A stretch of 64,000 bases of DNA, taken from the NCBI GenBank assembly GCA_038125285.1, contig JAYPDO010000001.1, forward strand, positions 5,605 to 69,604, in the 5' to 3' direction. The notes beneath the pieces are model-generated. The model was not told the DNA's origin. It was given only the letters and a program-made list of their open reading frames with translations, and made no database searches. Every line of letters starts with the position of its first letter. Position 1 is the stretch's first letter. The translations under genes were made by a program, and so were the position numbers. The DNA is from Opitutia bacterium. Lineage in GTDB: Bacteria > Verrucomicrobiota > Verrucomicrobiia > Opitutales > JABJCN01. Shown here piece after piece: positions 55,510-64,000 of the stretch.

Positions 55510-56388
55510 ATGCATAGCACAACAAATCCCGCTCTCCCCGCCGGGTCACTAACCCGATTGCCACCAATTGGAAGGCCAATCTTGGCGGCATTGCTCTGTT
55601 TGGCCATCTTTTCACAATCTGCCAATGCAGACAAGGATGCGCCAGAATTGAAAGTACTCTTCCAAGAGTACGAAGAGGCACAGGCCAAATTTTCCAAGAC
55701 CAAGGACTATGGGCAACCCTACAGGGATTCCATTGAAACTGCGCAGAAACTGCTATCCGCTTTGATAAATTATTGGATGTCCCAACCGGAGGATTCCGAA
55801 GGGGAGTCTTTTGCTGCTAAAGAAATCAAAGCCGTTTTCAAAGTGCTGGCGGGCAGCCCGCTAACTGAAAAGCACAACCTGGGAAAATCCTTTATTGCCC
55901 GGGCGGTCTGGCCTTTGCTCGCCAATAGCGAAATCAAGCCCGGCAAGGCCAAGTTTCTGGAAGGGCTGGTCAAGCCGCAAATGGGAGTCCGCATGAATGA
56001 CCAGGCAGCGAAACGGGGAAAACCGACGGAACCCCTGGGCTGGGATGTGCAAGCGGCCTATGTCTTGGCCTTGGTTCGTAGCGACAACGAAAAGCAAGCC
56101 AGTGAGGAAATCTCCATCCTCCACAAGAAGGTTACCATCAACCATGGCCGGAACCCCGATGGGAAGCTTGATTTTGGGGCGGATGCGGGAAAAGGCCGCT
56201 ACCGGGACTACAAGGACTTCCTCCAACTTTGCGAAGCTCTGCACGCCTTGCAGGCTTCCATTTCCAAGGATTTTGAAACTGCTCATGAACACATCGCTAT
56301 TGCCCAGGGAATCAAGAAGGAGCTTTCCCCTGAGGCGGACACGCTGGCCAAAGAAGCCATCAAGAGGGCAAAACTAGAAAAAGAATGA
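55510..56388 (+). CDS. Secreted all-alpha hypothetical protein
   Basis: Signal peptide ILAALLCLAIFSQSANA. Lys/Glu-rich and helical-looking. No family recognised. Confidence 0.6.
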   Translation: MHSTTNPALPAGSLTRLPPIGRPILAALLCLAIFSQSANADKDAPELKVLFQEYEEAQAKFSKTKDYGQPYRDSIETAQKLLSALINYWMSQPEDSEGESFAAKEIKAVFKVLAGSPLTEKHNLGKSFIARAVWPLLANSEIKPGKAKFLEGLVKPQMGVRMNDQAAKRGKPTEPLGWDVQAAYVLALVRSDNEKQASEEISILHKKVTINHGRNPDGKLDFGADAGKGRYRDYKDFLQLCEALHALQASISKDFETAHEHIAIAQGIKKELSPEADTLAKEAIKRAKLEKE

Positions 56389-56438
56389 CCCCTTCCAACA
56401 CCCACTCCCCCACAAGCCTACAACAATTTCCCAAACCT

Positions 56439-56466
56439 AGAACCAAGCACAAAGAACCAAGAACCT
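56439..56466 (+). repeat. Tandem heptads AGAACCA AGCACAA AGAACCA AGAACCT in the SDR gene leader
   Basis: Read directly from the sequence. It ends 2 nt before the ATG at 56469. Confidence 0.7.
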
Positions 56467-56468
56467 GA

Positions 56469-57248
56469 ATGGACTACCTCGACAACCTCTTCTCCCTTGA
56501 AGGCAAGACCGCCGTCGTCACTGGCGGTACTGGCGAACTCTGCGGCGCCATGGCCGAAGGCCTGGCAGGTGCAGGTGCGACAGTCATCCTCGTAGGCCGG
56601 AACGAAAAGAAGGCGGAAGCTCGGATGAAGGTCATCCGCGATTCTGGCGGCATAGTCCATTTCGAGTCCTGCGACGTTGGCAACAAGGAGTCCCTCCAGG
56701 GTCTGCTCGACCGTTGTGTGGCCAAAACCGATGGAATCGACATACTGGTCAACGGCGCCGGGGTCAACTCTCCCACCCCATTCTTGGAAATCCCTGAAGA
56801 CGAACTCGACCACATCATGAATGTCAACTTCAAGGCCGTCTTCCTCGCCTGCCAGATTTTTGGGAAGTATTTCCTGGGGCGAGGTAAGCCCGCCAGCATC
56901 ATCAACCTTGGATCCATCTCCGGCCTAAACCCCCTTTCCCGCGTATTCTCCTACAGTGCTTCCAAGGGTGCCCTCCACAACCTGACCAAAAACCTCGCCC
57001 GCGAGTGGGCGACCCAAAAGATCCGCGTCAACACCCTCGTCCCCGGCTTCTTCCCGGCCGAGCAAAATCGCAAGGTCCTTACCATGGACCGGGTAGAGTC
57101 CATCATGGGGCACACCCCGATGAAGCGCTTCGGCGAGTCCCATGAACTGATCGGCGCGACCCTCCTCCTCGCCTCCGACAAAGCCGGCGCATTCATCACC
57201 GGCCACGAAATGATAGTGGACGGCGGTTACTCGGCCATGACGATATAA
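56469..57248 (+). CDS. SDR-family oxidoreductase (KduD / gluconate-5-dehydrogenase-like)
   Basis: [31 protein letters not shown] and YSASKGAL. Located in the hexuronate cluster. Confidence 0.85.
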   Translation: MDYLDNLFSLEGKTAVVTGGTGELCGAMAEGLAGAGATVILVGRNEKKAEARMKVIRDSGGIVHFESCDVGNKESLQGLLDRCVAKTDGIDILVNGAGVNSPTPFLEIPEDELDHIMNVNFKAVFLACQIFGKYFLGRGKPASIINLGSISGLNPLSRVFSYSASKGALHNLTKNLAREWATQKIRVNTLVPGFFPAEQNRKVLTMDRVESIMGHTPMKRFGESHELIGATLLLASDKAGAFITGHEMIVDGGYSAMTI

Positions 57249-57249
57249 A

Positions 57250-58668
57250 ATGAGCTTCATCCACGACGATTTCCTCCTCCAGTCCAAGGCGGCGAAGCAG
57301 CTGTACCACAACCACGCGGCGGGCCAACCGATCATCGACTTCCATAGCCACCTCCCGCCGGAGGATGTCGCGAATGACAAGAAGTTCGAAAACCTTTACG
57401 AAATCTGGCTTGCCGGGGACCATTACAAGTGGCGCGCCATGCGGGCGGCCGGAATGCCCGAGGAGCTTTGCACGGGGGACGCCGACCCTTTCGACAAATA
57501 CATGGCCTGGGCGAAGACCGTCCCCATGACGATCCGCAACCCTCTTTACCATTGGACCCACCTGGAGCTAAAACGTTATTTTGGGATAGACGAACTCCTT
57601 TCCGGAGCCACGGCCAAGCGCATTTGGGACCAAGCCAACGAACAACTGGCCAGCCCGGAGTTCTCCACTCGCAGCATCCTGAAGCGCTTCAAAGTCGAAG
57701 TCGCCTGCACAACTGACGACCCGGCCGAGAACCTACCCCACCACGAGAAGATCTCAGGCGAGGGAGTGGCGACCAAAATCTACCCGACCTACCGGCCGGA
57801 CAAAGCCTTCGCCACCCAGGATTTGGAAGCCTTCAATATCTGGTTGGACAAACTTGCGGCCACTGCCCACAAACCTATCAACTGCCTCAAGGATCTGCTG
57901 GACGCCCTTAAAAAGCGCCATGATGACTTCCATGCCCTCGGCGGTCGCCTTTCCGACCACGGCCTCCCCCACTGCTTCCCGCCGAAAGGCCGGCCCAAGA
58001 GCGATTTGGACGCCCTTGAAGCCATCTTTGCCAAGGCCCGGCTCGGGGAAAAGCTCAACGGGCAACAACAGGAAGACTTCGCCGCCTACATCCTTCTCTA
58101 TTCCGCTGTCCTGGATGCTGAAAAGGGATGGACCAAGCAGCTCCACCTCGGCCCGATCCGCAATAACCGCTCCACCTTATTCAACCAAGCCGGCCCGGAT
58201 GCCGGGGGCGACTCCATGAACGACGAACGCCAAGTCGAACCGCTTGCCCGCTTCCTCGACGCACTGGACTCCCAAGGCCAGCTCCCAAAGACCATCGTCT
58301 ACAACATGAACCCCAAGGACAGCATGGCACTGGCCACCATGATCGGGAATTTCCAAGGCCCGCCCACCGCGGGAAAGCTCCAGTATGGTTCCGGATGGTG
58401 GTACCTGGATACCAAACAAGGCATGCAAGACCAGCTCAACATCCTCTCGTCCACCGGGTTACTCTCCACATTCGTCGGCATGCTCACCGACAGCCGTTCC
58501 TTCCTCTCCTTCACCCGCCACGAGTATTTCCGCCGCATCCTCTGCAACCTCATCGGGCAAGATATTGAGAACGGGGAAATCCCCGATGACCAGGAACTGA
58601 CCGGTAACCTTATCGAGGGCATCTGCTATAAAAATGCGCGGAATTACTTCGGATTCGCAATCAACTAA
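57250..58668 (+). CDS. uxaC: Glucuronate isomerase
   Basis: DDFLLQSKAAKQLYHNHAAGQPIIDFHSHL, GDHYKWRAMRAAG and NPLYHWTHLELKRYFGI. Confidence 0.95.
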   Translation: MSFIHDDFLLQSKAAKQLYHNHAAGQPIIDFHSHLPPEDVANDKKFENLYEIWLAGDHYKWRAMRAAGMPEELCTGDADPFDKYMAWAKTVPMTIRNPLYHWTHLELKRYFGIDELLSGATAKRIWDQANEQLASPEFSTRSILKRFKVEVACTTDDPAENLPHHEKISGEGVATKIYPTYRPDKAFATQDLEAFNIWLDKLAATAHKPINCLKDLLDALKKRHDDFHALGGRLSDHGLPHCFPPKGRPKSDLDALEAIFAKARLGEKLNGQQQEDFAAYILLYSAVLDAEKGWTKQLHLGPIRNNRSTLFNQAGPDAGGDSMNDERQVEPLARFLDALDSQGQLPKTIVYNMNPKDSMALATMIGNFQGPPTAGKLQYGSGWWYLDTKQGMQDQLNILSSTGLLSTFVGMLTDSRSFLSFTRHEYFRRILCNLIGQDIENGEIPDDQELTGNLIEGICYKNARNYFGFAIN

Positions 58669-58691
58669 CATAATTTAACGCCACAATAACC

Positions 58692-60245
58692 ATGGAATAC
58701 CTTATCGGCATCGACGTCGGCACTTCCTCAACCAAAGCCCTCCTGATCGACCCATCCGGCAAAATCTGCAAAGTTTCTGTTCCGGAATACGATTTCCATA
58801 CCCCGAAGCCCCTGTGGGCAGAATCGGATCCCGCAGACTGGTGGGAGGCCGCCCAAAAGGCGATCAAGGCCTTGGTCGAAGGCATAAACCCAAGCGACAT
58901 CGCGGGGATTGGCCTGACCGGGCAGATGCACGGCTTGGTCTGCTTGGACAATGCTGGCGACGTACTCCGCCCCTGCATCATGTGGAATGACCAACGGACT
59001 GCCCAGCAGTGCCTGGAGATGACCACCCGCTTAGGCGGCGAGGAAGATGTGATCGCGCTGACCGGCAACCCCATCCTACCCGGATTCACCGCCCCGAAGT
59101 TACGCTGGATCCAGGAGAACGAACCAGAAGTCTATTCCAAGATCGCCAAGATCCTGCTGCCCAAGGACTACATCCGCTTCAAGCTCAGCGGGGAATTTTT
59201 CACCGATGTTTCGGACGCATCCGGCACCAGCCTGCTCGACGTCCAGCAGCGCCATTGGTCGCGCTACATCATGAGCGAGTTCGGCTGGCCGGAAGCCTGG
59301 CTGCCCACTGTCACCGAATCCCCGGAAGCCTCGACCAAACTTTCCTCCGAAGCAGCAAGGTTGCTCGGCCTCCCCGCAGGCATCCCGATCATTGCCGGAG
59401 GCGGGGACCAAGCCGCCCAGGCCGTCGGTTGCGGAATTGTCACTGAAGGCACGCTGTCCACCACCCTCGGGACCTCCGGCGTCGTCTTTGCCCACTCCGA
59501 TGAGTACCGCGTAGAAACCAAAGGCCGCCTCCATGCCTTCTGCCACGCCGTCCCGGGCAAGTGGCACCTCATGGGGGTCATGCTTTCTGCAGCGGGATCC
59601 TTCCAGTGGTACCGCAACCAACTTTGCCAACACGAGATCGACCAAGAAAAGGCTGGTGGCGAAGACGCCTATGACCAACTCACCGCTGCAGCAGCTAAGG
59701 TACCAGTCGGCTCGGAAGGGCTCGTATTCCTCCCCTACCTAAGTGGCGAGCGCACCCCCTATCCCGACCCCAATGCACGGGGCAGCTTCATCGGCCTGAG
59801 CCTACGCCATACCAAAGCCCACATGACCCGCTCCGTCCTGGAGGGAGTGTCCTACGGCCTCAACGATTCCCTGGAGCTAATGCGCAGCATGGGCATCCAC
59901 CCGGAAAACATGGTTCTCTCCGGGGGCGGGGCAAAATCCCCCCTTTGGCGGCAAATGTTGGCCGACGTGTTCAATACGCGTTGCTCCCTGGTCAACTCCA
60001 CAGAGGGCGCGGCATACGGCGCGGCCTTGTTGGCAGGAGTCGGCTCGAAAGTTTTCAACACCGTGGAGCAAGCCTGTGAAAAGACCATCCAGACCACCGA
60101 CTCAGTGGAACCAGGCGACGATGCCCCCTTCTACGCCGACTTCTTTCCCCGGTACCGGAACCTCTACCCCGCCCTGCGCCTCGAGTTCGAGCAAATGGCT
60201 GATACCCTGCAAGCCCACTCGAAAGGCAGCTTCTTCACAGTTTGA
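58692..60245 (+). CDS. xylB: FGGY-family carbohydrate kinase, xylulokinase-like
   Basis: IGIDVGTSSTKALL, LWAESDPADWW, GLTGQMHGLV, RPCIMWNDQR, GGGDQAAQAVG and SGGGAKSPLWRQMLADV. Confidence 0.9.
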   Translation: MEYLIGIDVGTSSTKALLIDPSGKICKVSVPEYDFHTPKPLWAESDPADWWEAAQKAIKALVEGINPSDIAGIGLTGQMHGLVCLDNAGDVLRPCIMWNDQRTAQQCLEMTTRLGGEEDVIALTGNPILPGFTAPKLRWIQENEPEVYSKIAKILLPKDYIRFKLSGEFFTDVSDASGTSLLDVQQRHWSRYIMSEFGWPEAWLPTVTESPEASTKLSSEAARLLGLPAGIPIIAGGGDQAAQAVGCGIVTEGTLSTTLGTSGVVFAHSDEYRVETKGRLHAFCHAVPGKWHLMGVMLSAAGSFQWYRNQLCQHEIDQEKAGGEDAYDQLTAAAAKVPVGSEGLVFLPYLSGERTPYPDPNARGSFIGLSLRHTKAHMTRSVLEGVSYGLNDSLELMRSMGIHPENMVLSGGGAKSPLWRQMLADVFNTRCSLVNSTEGAAYGAALLAGVGSKVFNTVEQACEKTIQTTDSVEPGDDAPFYADFFPRYRNLYPALRLEFEQMADTLQAHSKGSFFTV

Positions 60246-60280
60246 CCCAAGCAAAAGCCCAATCTACCCTTCCCGATCCA

Positions 60281-61297
60281 ATGAAAACCCAATTTGACCC
60301 GTCACTCACTACCCATGATTCCGAGCACAGGACATGGATTCTGGGTCTGGCCTTCGTGGGTATCGTGATGGTTATGGGACTATCCGTAGTCCCGTTTGCA
60401 TCCCAAAAAAACAACCAGCAGGCCGCCAAACCGGAGCAAGCCCTGACCGCACAGGATGCCGGCCCGCCTGAGCATGGACAACCCTCCTTGCTTCCAACTG
60501 AAGAAACCAAGGAGGAAGTCCAAGCCCCGAAAAGCCTGCCCCCCGCCCAACCCGTTGCCGAGGTAGAAGACCACGTGCCGGGATTAGTCCAAGGCCCGGC
60601 ATTGTCAGAGATATTCCCAATCCCAGGAACAACTGGACAGGAACCAGACCTCACCATTGACGCCTTGGTGAAAGAAGCGGATGAAGAGCCTTCTAAGGAT
60701 CCGGAGATAGTGCCTTTGCCGTTCCCCCTCCCTTCCGAGGATAAACCAACGACAGAAGCCAATAGGCCCACCATCCTGGAAAAGCCTGAAATTGCAACCT
60801 TGCCGACGGATGCAGAAACAGAAAAGGAGGACAATGCAACGCCTCCACAACCGTCCTTACCTGCCCCAGAACTTCCAGAGCCCCCTGCCCTGACCTTATT
60901 GCCCTTGGTGCCGACGGTTCCCTTCACCCCGGTTCCGGTTGCCAAAATCCAGGCGAATGAAGAGCCCCTTCCCCCGGTTGAAGAAACACAGCCCGAAGTT
61001 GCTTCACCGGCACCTGCCCCACCTCCTTCCCCGGTTGCCCCTGATGTAAGGGAAAAGCCAGAACAACCGGCTCCCCCCAGGGTTACAATCGAACTCCCCA
61101 AACCCAAGCCCGACAGCTACTTCAACAACTCGTTGGTGCAGAAATACCGCATAAAAAACCCGACCGACGAAATTTCCAACCGCTCCCTCACAAAACAAAT
61201 GGGCGACTACTACAAAAGGACTGGGACATTCTTGAAATACGCTGACAAGTTCCCGGATTGGGCGCAGCAATACAACCAGATCCAAAATGAGGAGTAG
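60281..61297 (+). CDS. Membrane-anchored Pro/Glu-rich hypothetical protein
   Basis: One transmembrane helix (WILGLAFVGIVMVMGLSVVPF), a long P/E/A-rich low-complexity region, and an ordered-looking C-terminal region of about 70 aa (KPDSYFNNSLVQKYRIKNPTDEI...). The ATG at 60281 is preferred over the TTG at 60242. Confidence 0.6.
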   Translation: MKTQFDPSLTTHDSEHRTWILGLAFVGIVMVMGLSVVPFASQKNNQQAAKPEQALTAQDAGPPEHGQPSLLPTEETKEEVQAPKSLPPAQPVAEVEDHVPGLVQGPALSEIFPIPGTTGQEPDLTIDALVKEADEEPSKDPEIVPLPFPLPSEDKPTTEANRPTILEKPEIATLPTDAETEKEDNATPPQPSLPAPELPEPPALTLLPLVPTVPFTPVPVAKIQANEEPLPPVEETQPEVASPAPAPPPSPVAPDVREKPEQPAPPRVTIELPKPKPDSYFNNSLVQKYRIKNPTDEISNRSLTKQMGDYYKRTGTFLKYADKFPDWAQQYNQIQNEE

Positions 61298-61997
61298 CCT
61301 TGCGGCACTGGTGGTCGCCCTGCTCTTCCCTACCCTGGGGGGCGCAACTTTTTCCATCGTTGCCTTTGACCCCGAATCTGGGGACATAGGCGTCGCCGTG
61401 CAAAGCAAGTTCTTCGGGGTCGGGAGCGTTGTCCCCTATGCAGCGGCGGACATTGGGGCGGTGGCCACCCAAGCACTGGCCAACCCGAGGTTCGGCCCGG
61501 TCGGGCTCCAACTCCTCCAAGCTGGGCAATCCCCTTCCCAAGCCCGGCAATTCTTCGAGGAGCAGGATCCGGGGATTGCCCAACGGCAATTCCTCATTAT
61601 CGACTCGGAAGGGACTACGACCGCCTTTACCGGGGCAAAGTGCCACGACTACGCTGGACACAGGGAAGGAAGGCATTACGCGGTAGCGGGGAACCTGCTT
61701 GCTGGGGAAGCCGTGACCAAAGCCATGGCAACCGCATTTGAAGAAGCCCGGTGCAAGGGGAAAGGCGAATTGGCGGAATGGCTTGTCGCAGCCCTCCAAG
61801 GCGGGCAGGACGCGGGTGGGGACAAACGGGGGAAGCAATCCGCTGCCTTGCTCGTCGTCCGTAAAAACGGTGGTTATGCAGGGCTGACGGACCGGTATGT
61901 GGACATCCGCACGGAAGATCATCCGGAACCAATCAAGGAATTGGCCCGCCTCCTGGCCAAGCACCGGGAGTTCTACCCGCAACGCAAGCAGGAGTAG
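61287..61997 (+). CDS. DUF1028-family (Ntn-hydrolase fold) protein
   Basis: A signal peptide is followed by TFSIVAFDPESGDIGVAVQSKF (the N-terminal nucleophile Thr context), then GNLLAGEAV and GGDKRGKQSAALLV. Confidence 0.85.
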   Translation: MRSSLAALVVALLFPTLGGATFSIVAFDPESGDIGVAVQSKFFGVGSVVPYAAADIGAVATQALANPRFGPVGLQLLQAGQSPSQARQFFEEQDPGIAQRQFLIIDSEGTTTAFTGAKCHDYAGHREGRHYAVAGNLLAGEAVTKAMATAFEEARCKGKGELAEWLVAALQGGQDAGGDKRGKQSAALLVVRKNGGYAGLTDRYVDIRTEDHPEPIKELARLLAKHREFYPQRKQE

Positions 61998-62010
61998 CCC
62001 CCCGCTTGGG

Positions 62011-63189
62011 TTACAAAACAGCATCTCTGGCAAATCCGGCCAACCATGCCGCCGGGGAACGCTCCGACGGGCTACCCAGGATCTCCCGTAACCTGGCGGA
62101 ATCTTCCCGTGCCCGGTCGATCCGGCGGGCGGTTTGGCAAAGTTCGAGTTCGCCTGCCAAGGCCTGGGGTGTGGCGGCATGCTGGATATACTCCGGGTAC
62201 ATTGGCTTGCCCAACAGGAGGTTGGCAATCCCGATGAAAGGGATTTGCACCAAAGCACGGGCCATCCAGTAAGTTCCCTGGTTTGCCCGGTATGCGATTG
62301 CCCCAGGGATCCCGGCAAGTGCACAGGTCAAGGACATCGTACCGGAACTGGTCAGCAGAGCCCGGGCAGCAATCCCCTCTGCGGCAGGGAAGAAGTCAAC
62401 AGGCAACCCGCCAGGCACCAACCCCTTTAGGATCCCGAGCATCGCCTCGTTCGGGTACAAGGTTGCGGCCCGGGTTCCGGGATGCGCTTCCAGGTATTTG
62501 GAGAAGCCCTCCAGGATCGCAGGGTAAATGCGGCCGACCGCTCCTTTCCGGCTTCCAGGCAATAACAGCACCGGGCCTTCCGGGTCATAACGGAGCACGT
62601 TGGAGAATCCCTCTTCAAGGAAGGGATGCCCGACAAATTCGACCGGCAATCCAGTGTCCGCAAAGACCTCCGCCTCAAAAGGGAAAATCACGGCCAGGGA
62701 GTCCAACCAACGCGCCATTTCATAACGCCTGTGCCCCTTCCACGCCCACACCTGGGGGGCAATGTAGTAGACAACCTTCATCTGCCCCCCGCCCTTCGTG
62801 GAAATCCCACGGAAGTAAAGCTCCTTGGCGATCCGAAGGTTCAGGCCGGGATAGTCCACCAAGCACACCACCCCGGGCCGGTATTCTTCGATCCAGGCAA
62901 GGATCAGCCGGAAGAGCCTTTTGAAAAACGACCAGGACTTGAGGACTTCCACAAACCCGACGACCGAGCTATGGGTCATATCGTACATAAGCTGCGCTCC
63001 GGCTGCCTCCATCCCCGTTCCCCCGAAGGCAGCGCCCCGCAGGCCCGGGTCCGAGGCCACAAACCCCCGGATCATCCGCCCCGCCTGCTCATCCCCGGAG
63101 TGTTCCCCGGCAATTACCAATACGTCCGCCTTCCCGCCCTTTGGTGGGGGGAATTCCGATAGTTCCAAATCCTTGTCCATGTGGATCAT
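62011..63189 (-). CDS. lpxB: Lipid-A-disaccharide synthase
   Basis: VLVIAGEHSGDEQAGRMI, YYIAPQVWAWKGHR, LLPGSR and TSSGTMSLTCALAGIP. Confidence 0.9.
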   Translation of the reverse strand: MIHMDKDLELSEFPPPKGGKADVLVIAGEHSGDEQAGRMIRGFVASDPGLRGAAFGGTGMEAAGAQLMYDMTHSSVVGFVEVLKSWSFFKRLFRLILAWIEEYRPGVVCLVDYPGLNLRIAKELYFRGISTKGGGQMKVVYYIAPQVWAWKGHRRYEMARWLDSLAVIFPFEAEVFADTGLPVEFVGHPFLEEGFSNVLRYDPEGPVLLLPGSRKGAVGRIYPAILEGFSKYLEAHPGTRAATLYPNEAMLGILKGLVPGGLPVDFFPAAEGIAARALLTSSGTMSLTCALAGIPGAIAYRANQGTYWMARALVQIPFIGIANLLLGKPMYPEYIQHAATPQALAGELELCQTARRIDRAREDSARLREILGSPSERSPAAWLAGFARDAVL

Positions 63190-63296
63190 TTTGTCCCGGC
63201 AAACCTTTGAACTTGCCGTCCCCCTGACAATCTTGCAAGACCTCTGGCTTGCTTGTCACAAATAAACCCTGATCTCCCCTTCCCTATCCCTAGCCA

Positions 63297-63950
63297 ATGG
63301 CGACGACCACAATCGAAAACTACGTAAAGGAAATCTTCCTCGTCGAAAATGACAACCCTGATTTCCCAGTCCCTATGGGGAAAGTAGCCAAAGCCCTAAG
63401 GGTCGTCCCCGGCACCGCCACCACCATGGTCAAGTCTATGCAGAGGGAAAATCTCCTGGACTACGAACCACGGGTCGGAGTTAATCTCACCAAGAAAGGC
63501 AGGGAATTGGCCATCCGCATGATCCGGCGGCACCGCCTAATCGAGGTCTTCCTCGTTGAAGTACTCAAGTTGGACTGGGGTGAAATCCACAAGGATGCCG
63601 AGGAGCTGGAGCACGTCGTCTCCGACCGTATCCTGGCCAAGATCGACGAGCTTTGCAACTACCCGGAGTACGATCCCCATGGCGACCCCATCCCCAGGCC
63701 GGACGGCACTTACGATCAAGTCCAGCACAAGAGCCTGATGGACTGCCCAATGGAGAAGGACCTGTCCATCCAGCGCATCCGCGACCAGGAAAAGGACTTC
63801 CTGAAATTCGCCATGGACAATGGCTTCACCCCGCGCGCGAAAATCAAGGTATTGCGACGTTGCGACATTGCCGGGGCCGTGACGATCGAGAACGGAAACG
63901 GCCAGATGTCCCTCGGCACCAAAGTGGCGGAAAAGATTTGGGTCGCCTAG
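63297..63950 (+). CDS. DtxR/MntR-family metal-dependent transcriptional regulator with a C-terminal FeoA/SH3-like domain
   Basis: IENYVKEIF, VVPGTATTMVKSM, IRRHRLIEVFLVEVLKLDWGEIHKDAEELEHVVS and DPHGDPIP. Confidence 0.9.
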   Translation: MATTTIENYVKEIFLVENDNPDFPVPMGKVAKALRVVPGTATTMVKSMQRENLLDYEPRVGVNLTKKGRELAIRMIRRHRLIEVFLVEVLKLDWGEIHKDAEELEHVVSDRILAKIDELCNYPEYDPHGDPIPRPDGTYDQVQHKSLMDCPMEKDLSIQRIRDQEKDFLKFAMDNGFTPRAKIKVLRRCDIAGAVTIENGNGQMSLGTKVAEKIWVA

Positions 63951-64000
63951 CCAGCCCGCCCGGCAAACATGGATCCAGGCAACCTCCACAAATTGTTCAC

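Noticed and set aside
60235-61107. Gly/Ser-rich 290-aa minus-strand ORF.
   Set aside because: It is the mirror image of the Pro/Glu-rich plus-strand gene. The plus-strand gene has a transmembrane anchor, fits the xylB to DUF1028 gene direction, and overlaps the DUF1028 start.

Overview
64-kb chromosomal segment, GC-rich by eye. It most resembles a PVC-group bacterium, probably Verrucomicrobiota. The pointers are two PSCyt/DUF1549/DUF1553 + DUF1501 gene pairs, Tat-signal Gfo/Idh/MocA and DUF1501 proteins, and A/C-rich leaders that mostly lack Shine-Dalgarno sequences. The taxon cannot be confirmed without a database search. About 50 confident CDS are present. Housekeeping genes: apbE, cysQ, panD, topB, ybaB, recR, hemH, a hemX-like gene, hemA, recQ, comM/yifB, coaE, rho, alr, tsaB, rpoN, lpxB and a DtxR-family regulator. 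There is also a split type II secretion/type IV pilus module (two GspE/PilB ATPases and GspF/PilC) and a hexuronate cluster (uxaE, kdgK, an SDR, uxaC, xylB). I found no rRNA, tRNA, CRISPR array, transposase or integrase. I cannot show a clear-cut new system from sequence alone. Best candidates, in order: (1) an exported 1330-aa lipoprotein joining an alginate-lyase-like domain, FN3 and discoidin modules and an ADP-ribosylglycohydrolase-family domain; (2) a single-ORF fusion of a D-2-hydroxyacid dehydrogenase with an Ldh_2-family dehydrogenase at the head of the hexuronate cluster; (3) a roughly 490-bp gene-free spacer with a strong orphan minus-strand terminator and stacked hairpins just upstream of cysQ, which could be an sRNA or a leader/attenuator; (4) a tightly coupled five-gene PSCyt/DUF1501 operon in which two unrelated genes share a near-identical signal-peptide cassette; (5) tandem CA-rich heptanucleotide repeats abutting several start codons; (6) a small insertion zone (nested-palindrome MITE-like element plus parDE) that has truncated pcm. 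Five loci look decayed (frameshifts or in-frame stops). All function calls rest on motif recognition by eye. No HMM, BLAST or RNA-folding runs were possible.
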